Shown here: piece by piece, positions 56,457 through 64,000 of the stretch | How the letters are laid out: every line of letters starts with the position of its first letter | Position numbering within the stretch: position 1 is the stretch's first letter | Source of the DNA: a virus | Lineage: Duplodnaviria > Caudoviricetes | Strand: one strand, 5' to 3' | Virus record (IMG/VR): IMGVR_UViG_3300010340_000930 | Coordinates: 1,653-65,652 of that record | Length of the DNA stretch: 64,000 nucleotides | Made by a program: the position numbers and the translations under genes | Notes under the pieces: model-generated | What the model saw: the letters and a program-made list of their open reading frames with translations, nothing else | Told to the model about the DNA's origin: nothing | Database searches by the model: none

Positions 56457-58385
56457 ATGGGAATAGTTCTCAGACATGCTTTCAATATCTCTATTATAAT
56501 TCCAACTGTTAATCATTTAGAGAACTGCTTAAAACCGTGTATTGAAAGTATCTTGAAATATACTGATTTCTCTAATTTGGATATTCAGATTGTAATTATA
56601 GCAAATGGATCAGACGAAGATACAATCAAGTATTTACAAGAATTGTATCAGAAATATATTTCTTTTATAAATATTATTCATATCGATCAACCTATAGGAT
56701 TTCCAAAAGCAATTAATGAAGGATTGAAATATAGTTTTGGTAAATATATTGTTATTCTAAATGACGATGTTGAGCTATTGCATCAAAGACCAAATACCTG
56801 GTTAAATCTTTTATATAAGCCATTTATAGAAGATCCTATGATGGGTATTACGGGATGCCATAGCCTGATTTGTCCAGTTACCAATGAGGAATTTATTTTA
56901 TTCTTTTGTGCAATGATTAAAAGAGAAGTTTTTTCTGCAGTTGGATTGCTAAACGAGGCATTTAGTCCAGGTTATGGAGAAGATATTGATTTTTGTATCA
57001 GAGCAAAGAAATTCGGATATAGTATAAGAAATGTGAATACCAATATACATTATCCCAATGGAAAAGATTATGTGGTTGGAGATTTTCCAATTTCTCATAA
57101 AGGTGAAATGACAGTTCATGACATATCCAATTGGGAAGAAATAAAACAAAACAATAATGAATTACTAAGAAAATTTTACGCTCAAGATAATATCAAAAAG
57201 GAAAATATTTCATTGTCCAAATTGATGGAAGAAAAGAAAATTACAAATGAGAATATATTGATCACGCATATCAATTCAAACAATGTGACTGTTGGGATTT
57301 CGACCAAGGATCGCTATAACATATTACCTTTAACATTGGAAGCTGTTATCAATCAAACAGTTATGCCCAAGAAAATATTTATATTTGATGATAGTGATAA
57401 TGAGATTGATATAAAAAGTGATATTCTTTACACAAGTCTCCTTCATATAATGAGACATAAAAATATTGAATATGAAGTATTGAGAGGAAGTAAAAAAGGT
57501 CAGGTACACAATCATCAAACTTGTTTGGAATTATCCTCCACTGAATTTATTTGGAGAATTGATGATGATAATATACCTGAACCTAACGTATTGGAAGCTT
57601 TATTAAATGAAATGAATAAAGATAAAAATATTGGGGCAATTGGAAGTTTAATTCTGGAAACAAATGCAACGAATAGAAGTCTACCTTCATTTGTAACCGG
57701 AGATATTCAAGATATCTATTTTGGATTGAATCCACAATGGTTTATCCATAAAGACCCCAGAATAATTGAAACCGATCATTTGCATAGTAGTTTTTTATAT
57801 AGAAAAAGAGCAGGGTTTCCAAAAGGATATTGTTTGGAGTTAAGCAGGATTGGATTTCGAGAAGAAACCATTTTTACTTATGAAATGAAGAGAAATGGTT
57901 GGAAATTATTTATTCATCCAGATATTATTACCTGGCATTTGAAAACAAAACATGGAGGAGTTAGAGATTTAGATATCAAATTAAAGAATGAGGATGAAGC
58001 TTTATTTTATCAGAAACTAACTACAGAATGGAACATCAAACCAAGATATTTAAAATCATATGTATTGCATAATGGTATTGGGGATCATTTTATGTTCAAA
58101 ATGTTATTACCTGAGATAAGAAAAAAATATCAAGATAAATATAAAATTATTATAGCTTGTTGCCATCCCAAGGTATTTTCTGATATAAAGAATGATGAGA
58201 CAATACAGATAGTTAATGTTGAGGATGCTATCAATGCCTTTGGATCATCCTGTATACAAAAGAATTGTGTTTACACGTGGTGTAAGAAAAATAATTGGGA
58301 TGGTAGTTTGTTGGATGCTATGAGGATATTATATCTTGGAGAATATACAAATGAAGAAAATCATAATCAGTCCGTATTCAACTAA
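56457..58385 (+). CDS. Multi-domain glycosyltransferase (two GT2 domains plus a short GT9-like N-lobe)
   Basis: ISIIIPT...ILNDDV...GEDIDFC; VTVGISTKDR...RIDDD...FREET; C-terminal HNGIGDHFMF. Confidence 0.8.
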   Translation: MGIVLRHAFNISIIIPTVNHLENCLKPCIESILKYTDFSNLDIQIVIIANGSDEDTIKYLQELYQKYISFINIIHIDQPIGFPKAINEGLKYSFGKYIVILNDDVELLHQRPNTWLNLLYKPFIEDPMMGITGCHSLICPVTNEEFILFFCAMIKREVFSAVGLLNEAFSPGYGEDIDFCIRAKKFGYSIRNVNTNIHYPNGKDYVVGDFPISHKGEMTVHDISNWEEIKQNNNELLRKFYAQDNIKKENISLSKLMEEKKITNENILITHINSNNVTVGISTKDRYNILPLTLEAVINQTVMPKKIFIFDDSDNEIDIKSDILYTSLLHIMRHKNIEYEVLRGSKKGQVHNHQTCLELSSTEFIWRIDDDNIPEPNVLEALLNEMNKDKNIGAIGSLILETNATNRSLPSFVTGDIQDIYFGLNPQWFIHKDPRIIETDHLHSSFLYRKRAGFPKGYCLELSRIGFREETIFTYEMKRNGWKLFIHPDIITWHLKTKHGGVRDLDIKLKNEDEALFYQKLTTEWNIKPRYLKSYVLHNGIGDHFMFKMLLPEIRKKYQDKYKIIIACCHPKVFSDIKNDETIQIVNVEDAINAFGSSCIQKNCVYTWCKKNNWDGSLLDAMRILYLGEYTNEENHNQSVFN

Positions 58386-58815
58386 ACTACAAGATAAACC
58401 CAATCCCAAGAATTATCCTTATTGGAATGAGATAACCAAACTTTTGAAGAGCATGAATTACTTTTTGATTCAGGTTGGGGTTGATGGTGAAGAAAGATTA
58501 AGAAACACTGATTTTTTCAAGATTAATCTTGATTTTAATACCGAATTGAAAGAATTGCTTGATTCTTGTTTCTGTTGGTTTTCTGTAGATAATTTTTTTC
58601 ATCATTTCGCTACATATTATAAAAAACCTGGCGTGGTTATTTTTACTGTCTCAAATCCAAAATTATTTGGCCATACTCAGAATCTCAATTTACACAATGG
58701 TGAAGAGCATTTTCGTAAAGATCAATTTGGTGTATGGTCAAAATCTGAATACAATAAAAAAGCATTTATTGACCCAAAGAAAGTAATTGAGGAGTTTACT
58801 AAGCGATTTCAATAA
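58351..58815 (+). CDS. GT9-like C-terminal-lobe protein
   Basis: IIISPY...KNYPYW...LIQVG...WFSVDNFFHHFA...KPGVVIF. Confidence 0.7.
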   Translation: MKKIIISPYSTKLQDKPNPKNYPYWNEITKLLKSMNYFLIQVGVDGEERLRNTDFFKINLDFNTELKELLDSCFCWFSVDNFFHHFATYYKKPGVVIFTVSNPKLFGHTQNLNLHNGEEHFRKDQFGVWSKSEYNKKAFIDPKKVIEEFTKRFQ

Positions 58816-58858
58816 TTGAATAAATTTTAAATTTCTCTTATAAAAAGGATATAATTCT

Positions 58859-61800
58859 GTGGTAGTCGTTAAGATTCTTCTTAAACGCGGTTTTGAGATA
58901 AATAGAGAGTCGTTTGTACCTAGTTTAGGAGAACCTTTAATTTCAATTGATAAGCATCGTTTTTATATTGGTGATGGGGAGACCCCGGGCGGTCGTATAC
59001 CGATTTATTTTTTAGATGATCTCGAAGATGTAATTATAAATTTATCATATTATAAAGTTATTCAGGATCATTGGAATTATGATTCATCAGCCAGATACTT
59101 CCTGGGGATGGATTCATCGAATATATGGCGTAATTTTCTTATTGATCAAACCGATTTACCATATCATATTAATGTAAAACGATTAGCCGATGGATCGGTT
59201 ACTAATGAAGAATTTCAGTATTTGAAAGATACAACCGCTAATATACAATGGCAATTGAATTATAAAGCATCAATTTATGGTACACCCAATTATTATTTCC
59301 AACTTGAGAGAAAGAATTTTGGTCCTCTATTTAAGAATGCTCTTTATACAGATATTGATTCAAGCAGTACCTCAATAATTGGAAATTTTCCAGAAATTAT
59401 TGATCCATATAATCCTCTTGTTGAATTAAGAAACTTTATTGATGATGATTATGGAAGTTTGAGAGTCAAGAGTTTAATTGTTGATGGCACGATTGGATTT
59501 ATAAATATTTATAATCTTGATTATTGGGATACCTGGATTTATCTGTCTCGAAATACCACAGGTATTCCAATGGTTGATTGCGGAATTAGAGTCGTTAGAG
59601 GAGTTGAAGCAGATGCTCGACTATATTGGGATGAATCAAATAATATCTGGAAAGTTGGTACTCTTGGTAATGAATATGAAATTGTAAATACCCACAAAGT
59701 TCAGAATATTTATAATAAAACATTATTTTCTCCAATTTTGGTAACTCCTCGTATTAATGATTATAGATTTGCTCAGCATACGCATATCAATGCTGTACAG
59801 GGTGGGAAATTAACGGATGAGGCTTTAAGTATTCCGGTAAGACCAATTAAAGGTGGAACTGGAAAGGATTCCAGATATTGGAATGGAATTGTAAAAGTTG
59901 AATATGGAAATTGGTATGCTGAAGAATTGAATGCAGAGGATCTTCCACCACATATTCATGATCATGATAATCTTATAAATGTGACAGAGGATCAGCATCA
60001 TCCAAGATTACATGATTTAGATAGTGATCAAGATCATTATGGTATATTAAGTTCTGAAAAGGGTGGAACCGGATTTGATTGGTATGGAAATGGTCAGTTC
60101 CTTATGGGCAATACCCAAGGAACATTGAATAAAGTACAGTTAATAACCCTCGGTAATATTTTCGTTACATATGATGGTACTTTCTTTGGATTGGGTGCTT
60201 ATGCTGGATATGATACAATCAAGAATGATTTCTGGACATTTCCAAAAAGAACCACAATTCGATTTAGTGGATCTGGAATCTTGATTAATGATGATGAAGA
60301 TAATACTCATATAAGAGTACATGACAATTTGGAATCCATCGCCGCTATGATTGACGAAGAGGGTATTCTGGTAAGAAGATGGGATACTGTTCTTCATAAA
60401 TATGAAATAATAACCAGAAAAATTGAAACACCTTTATCGATCAGTATAAGTGATACATATCTTGATATTGCAAATTCTGAAGGAAGAAGTGGTGATATCA
60501 GATTATATATTGGGCAAAGAGTTGTTACAACAGATACTGATCAATATATATCAGGATTAAAAACAATTTTATATCCAATTTTAATTAGACCTGATATAAA
60601 GGATTTCTCAGATGCCACACATTCACATGAAACTTCGATACAAGGTGGAAAATTAACCGAGAAATCTCTCAAACCTTCAATTCTAGGTCAAAGTGGTAAA
60701 TTCTTAGTAGTTCACGATGATAATAATATTGGATTATATGGATTAGTTTATCGAAGCAATCCAGATGAAAATTTAGTATTACAAATTGATAGAGATGCTT
60801 TAAATAAAGAAATACAACTTTCATCTTCCTGGACTGGTTCGTTATCCATAACACGGGGCGGTACAGGATCAACATATCGAGAAGGAGCATTAAATAATTT
60901 ACTTCCTCCTCAAACTAATAATGCTGGAAAATTCTTATCTACCGATGGAGTAAATGCGAAGTGGGATACCCGTGTGGGTATTTTATCAATAAATGAAGTT
61001 ACCTGCATGGATCAATATTTGATTGTCGATAGTAGTTCGTTACCATTTTTGGAGATAATCTCAAATACAGATACATGTGAGCATATATTTAAATGGAAAG
61101 GTGGGTATTTAGATACCTCTAAGGGTGGTACAGGTAACTTTTCTTTCTTACCTGGATCTGTTATTTTTTCAGATGGAATTAGATTAACCGAAGACAATTC
61201 CAACTTGTATTGGAATTTCGTTGATAAGAAACTGGGTATCGGAACGGATGATCCTATTTCGCCTCTAACTATTGTAAGCCAGGGAGGATATGAAAGTGGT
61301 TTAACCATAAAATCTTTAAACCCAGAAGAATATTCCTCTCTCGATTTTCTTACACCCTCTGAAGGATTGGGATTTAAAATTGGTTTATATGGGCCTGATA
61401 ATTTTGAACCGAATAAAGCATTTCTTTATAATGAATTGGGCCCTATCAGTTTTATTATATCCAATTATGAAGCTTTAAATATAACTAAGGATGGAGTTGG
61501 AGTTTTTGTTGATTATCCAACCGCTTATTTGGAAATAAAAGCGGGTGAATCAGATATTGCTCCATTAAAAATAAATGATGGTGAATTATTAACTTCCCCT
61601 CAAGAAGGTGTAATTGAGAGATATCAAGATAAATTATATTTTACTACCTCTGAATTAGAAAGAAAAGAAATAGTTTTATCTCCTCCTCAAAGTGGAAATG
61701 CTGGGAAAGTCTTAATAACCGATGGAGAAAATACTTCTTGGGGGGATTATACGCAATATTGGGACGAAGATATCCCATCCGATACAATTTATAGTGTATT

Positions 61801-64000
61801 TGTTGATAAAAAGTTAGCTATTGGGAAGACTGAAGCAATATATAAATTTGAGGTTGTTGGAGATATTAATATACCGGAAGGATATAACTATAAGATAGAT
61901 GGTGATAATTTATCATATACACATGTTGGTGCTGCTCCAGAAGATCATAATCATGGAACAGGTACCACGAATTATGTGCCAAAATTTTTAAATGGACAAG
62001 AGGGTACATTACAAAATTCATTATTATATAGTACCTCACTTGGGGTTTCGATTGGTAAAACAGATCCACAGGGGTTATTGGAGGTATTCTCGAACCCCGA
62101 TAGAAAAGGTTTTGTCCAAAGTACCTCTAGTGGAATTAAATTCGAAACATATATTAATGCCTCAGATCAAGGTCGTCTTAGATTACATAATCAAACTGGT
62201 GAGGTAAGAATACAATTACATGCCTCTGGAACTGGTTCCAATTCCTCCTTTGTTTTGGGGAATTTAGGAGTAAATATTTCTAATCCGGCTTATACCTTAG
62301 ATGTAAATGGAAATATAAATGTAAGCACAGGTAATCGTTATAAGATAGCTGGAACAAATATTAATGTTGTTGCTGGAAACGGATTGACAGGAGGAGGAGA
62401 TCTAGAACCAGGAACAACTATTACATTGGGTACTCCTGGAACACTCACATCCACAACAACGAATGCAGTCACTTCAACTAGTCATACACATTCTATAAGC
62501 GGGTTTGCACTGTCTATAAGGAACGTTTTTGCAGGAAATGGTTTGACAGGTGGTGGTGACCTGAGTGCGGACAGAACGATTACGTTGGGAACACCGGGAA
62601 CGTTAACCGCTTCAACATCAAACGCCGTCTCGACCTCAAGTCACACGCACTCGATAAGTGGATTCGCGGCTACTCCACATGCGTTAGTTGGATCAGATCA
62701 CTCTGCTTCTGGTTTAACGGCTGGGCACTTCCTGAAAGCGACTAGTGCAACAGAGTTCGGGTTTGCAGCACATGGGCTGACCGCCCCTGATGTTGGAGCA
62801 GTTCCGACCTCGAGATCAGTTATCGCTGGAAATGGTTTGACAGGTGGTGGTGCCTTAACTTCTGATGTAACTATCACTATGGGCACCCCAGCAACGTTGA
62901 CGTCCACGACAACGAACGCGGTGACAACTTCGAGCCATACGCATTCCGTATCTGGGTTTGTAATCACTGGGAGAAATATAACTGCTGGAAACGGACTTAC
63001 TGGAGGTGGTGATCTAACCGCTGACAGAACCATCACTCTTGGTACACCTTCGACGCTGACTTCTACAACCACGAACGCTGTAACTACGTCTAGTCACACT
63101 CATGCGATTAGTGGGTTTGCTAAAGATCCTCACGCTCTGGTTAGCTCTACGCACACCGCTTCAGGATTACAGGTTGGCCACTTCCTGAAAGCGACTAGTG
63201 CAACAGAGTTCAACTTTGTGGCACACGGATTGACATATAATGATGTACAAGCCCCACCCGCCTCTAGAATTATTACCGCCGGAAACGGGTTAACTGGAGG
63301 TGGAGATCTAACCGCAAACAGAACTATTACACTTGGAACTCCAGGAACGTTGACGTCCACGACCACGAACGCTGTAACTACGTCTAGTCACACTCATTCT
63401 ATTAGTGGGTTTGCTAAAGACCCACACGCTCTGGTCAGTACTGTTCACTCTGCTTCAGGGTTGACCATCGGTCATTTTTTGAAAGCCACGAGCGCTACGC
63501 AGTTCAGCTTCGCGGCTCATGGATTGACATATACTGATGTAAGTGCCGCTCCAACTACGCATGCATTAGTCGGGTCAAACCATTCCGCATCTGGATTAAC
63601 CGCGGGTCATTTTCTCAAAGCTACCAGTGCTACACAGTTCGGGTTTGCAGCCCATGGGTTAACATACACCGATGTAGGAGCGCCACCTACATCCAGAACG
63701 ATTACAGCAGGAAACGGGTTAACTGGAGGTGGAAATCTAACCGCAGACAGAACTATTACACTTGGAACTCCAGGAACGTTGACGTCCACGACAACGAACG
63801 CGGTGACTACGTCCAGCCATACGCATTCCGTATCTGGGTTTGTAATCACTGGGAGAAATATAACTGCTGGAAGTGGTTTGACAGGTGGTGGTGACCTGAG
63901 TGCGGACAGAACGATTACGTTGGGAACACCGGGAACGTTAACCGCTTCAACATCAAACGCCGTCTCGACCTCAAGTCACACGCACTCGATAAGTGGATTC
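58859..64000 (+). CDS. Giant tail fibre protein, partial (more than 1713 aa, open to the window end; not in the ORF track)
   Basis: SD aaaagga and GTG at 58859; Mtd_N-like ILLKRG...PSLGEPLISIDKHRFYIGDGETPGG; same frame verified at multiple spot checks to 64000; HTH, GGTG, LGIGT and GNGLTGGG fibre motifs. Confidence 0.85.
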   Translation, partial: MVVVKILLKRGFEINRESFVPSLGEPLISIDKHRFYIGDGETPGGRIPIYFLDDLEDVIINLSYYKVIQDHWNYDSSARYFLGMDSSNIWRNFLIDQTDLPYHINVKRLADGSVTNEEFQYLKDTTANIQWQLNYKASIYGTPNYYFQLERKNFGPLFKNALYTDIDSSSTSIIGNFPEIIDPYNPLVELRNFIDDDYGSLRVKSLIVDGTIGFINIYNLDYWDTWIYLSRNTTGIPMVDCGIRVVRGVEADARLYWDESNNIWKVGTLGNEYEIVNTHKVQNIYNKTLFSPILVTPRINDYRFAQHTHINAVQGGKLTDEALSIPVRPIKGGTGKDSRYWNGIVKVEYGNWYAEELNAEDLPPHIHDHDNLINVTEDQHHPRLHDLDSDQDHYGILSSEKGGTGFDWYGNGQFLMGNTQGTLNKVQLITLGNIFVTYDGTFFGLGAYAGYDTIKNDFWTFPKRTTIRFSGSGILINDDEDNTHIRVHDNLESIAAMIDEEGILVRRWDTVLHKYEIITRKIETPLSISISDTYLDIANSEGRSGDIRLYIGQRVVTTDTDQYISGLKTILYPILIRPDIKDFSDATHSHETSIQGGKLTEKSLKPSILGQSGKFLVVHDDNNIGLYGLVYRSNPDENLVLQIDRDALNKEIQLSSSWTGSLSITRGGTGSTYREGALNNLLPPQTNNAGKFLSTDGVNAKWDTRVGILSINEVTCMDQYLIVDSSSLPFLEIISNTDTCEHIFKWKGGYLDTSKGGTGNFSFLPGSVIFSDGIRLTEDNSNLYWNFVDKKLGIGTDDPISPLTIVSQGGYESGLTIKSLNPEEYSSLDFLTPSEGLGFKIGLYGPDNFEPNKAFLYNELGPISFIISNYEALNITKDGVGVFVDYPTAYLEIKAGESDIAPLKINDGELLTSPQEGVIERYQDKLYFTTSELERKEIVLSPPQSGNAGKVLITDGENTSWGDYTQYWDEDIPSDTIYSVFVDKKLAIGKTEAIYKFEVVGDINIPEGYNYKIDGDNLSYTHVGAAPEDHNHGTGTTNYVPKFLNGQEGTLQNSLLYSTSLGVSIGKTDPQGLLEVFSNPDRKGFVQSTSSGIKFETYINASDQGRLRLHNQTGEVRIQLHASGTGSNSSFVLGNLGVNISNPAYTLDVNGNINVSTGNRYKIAGTNINVVAGNGLTGGGDLEPGTTITLGTPGTLTSTTTNAVTSTSHTHSISGFALSIRNVFAGNGLTGGGDLSADRTITLGTPGTLTASTSNAVSTSSHTHSISGFAATPHALVGSDHSASGLTAGHFLKATSATEFGFAAHGLTAPDVGAVPTSRSVIAGNGLTGGGALTSDVTITMGTPATLTSTTTNAVTTSSHTHSVSGFVITGRNITAGNGLTGGGDLTADRTITLGTPSTLTSTTTNAVTTSSHTHAISGFAKDPHALVSSTHTASGLQVGHFLKATSATEFNFVAHGLTYNDVQAPPASRIITAGNGLTGGGDLTANRTITLGTPGTLTSTTTNAVTTSSHTHSISGFAKDPHALVSTVHSASGLTIGHFLKATSATQFSFAAHGLTYTDVSAAPTTHALVGSNHSASGLTAGHFLKATSATQFGFAAHGLTYTDVGAPPTSRTITAGNGLTGGGNLTADRTITLGTPGTLTSTTTNAVTTSSHTHSVSGFVITGRNITAGSGLTGGGDLSADRTITLGTPGTLTASTSNAVSTSSHTHSISGF
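62369..64000 (+). repeat. Modular coding repeats in the tail fibre
   Basis: AGNGLTGGGDLxADRTITLGTPxTLTxTTTNAVxTSSHTH and HxASGLxxGHFLKATSATxFxFxAHGLT modules; 62539-62665 is identical to 63874-64000 (127 bp); 62893-62990 matches 63775-63872 (3 mismatches). Confidence 0.9.

Noticed and set aside
1-64000. Stop-codon reassignment (code 15 or code 4/25)
   Set aside because: Long genes are intact in the standard code; TAG (7161) and TGA (several ATGA overlaps) end genes normally; in-frame stops are isolated
62369-64000. CRISPR-like or non-coding repeat array; minus-strand ORFs listed in the track
   Set aside because: Repeats keep the plus-strand fibre frame with synonymous differences; the minus ORFs are antisense shadows
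1-64000. Integrated prophage or host chromosomal flanks
   Set aside because: No integrase, att-like junction or run of housekeeping genes; iscS and hpt are embedded among phage replication genes

Overview
This 64-kb AT-rich window is part of a large tailed dsDNA phage genome with T4-superfamily-like core genes and the standard genetic code. Genes run on the minus strand to about 28.5 kb and almost all on the plus strand after 28.65 kb. Replication genes: Zn-finger/TOPRIM primase, RFC/gp44 clamp loader, a family-B DNA polymerase fused to an N-terminal family-4 uracil-DNA glycosylase, an SSB-like protein and a DnaB/gp41 helicase. Morphogenesis genes: gp20-like portal, gp21-like prohead protease, three paralogous Mtd_N plus kelch-like receptor-binding proteins, and a tail fibre of more than 1700 aa that runs off the window and is absent from the ORF track. 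Accessory content is rich. About 11 glycosyltransferase genes include a contiguous GT11, GT2-GT6, sulfotransferase, FkbM, GT7C-GT10 cluster that resembles a histo-blood-group (H/A/Lewis) glycan pathway. There is a dispersed 7-deazaguanine set (QueC, QueE, DpdA/TGT-like), and an IscS, methyltransferase, HPRT and MazG group sits inside the primase/clamp-loader operon. The window also holds a sigma-70-type factor, a tRNA-Ile with the rare UAU anticodon, a nuclease-deleted IscB/omega-RNA (HEARO-like) element, a 50-bp collapsed copy of that element, several structured intergenic islands and several frameshifted genes. All assignments come from motif recognition by eye; no database searches or folding programs were run.
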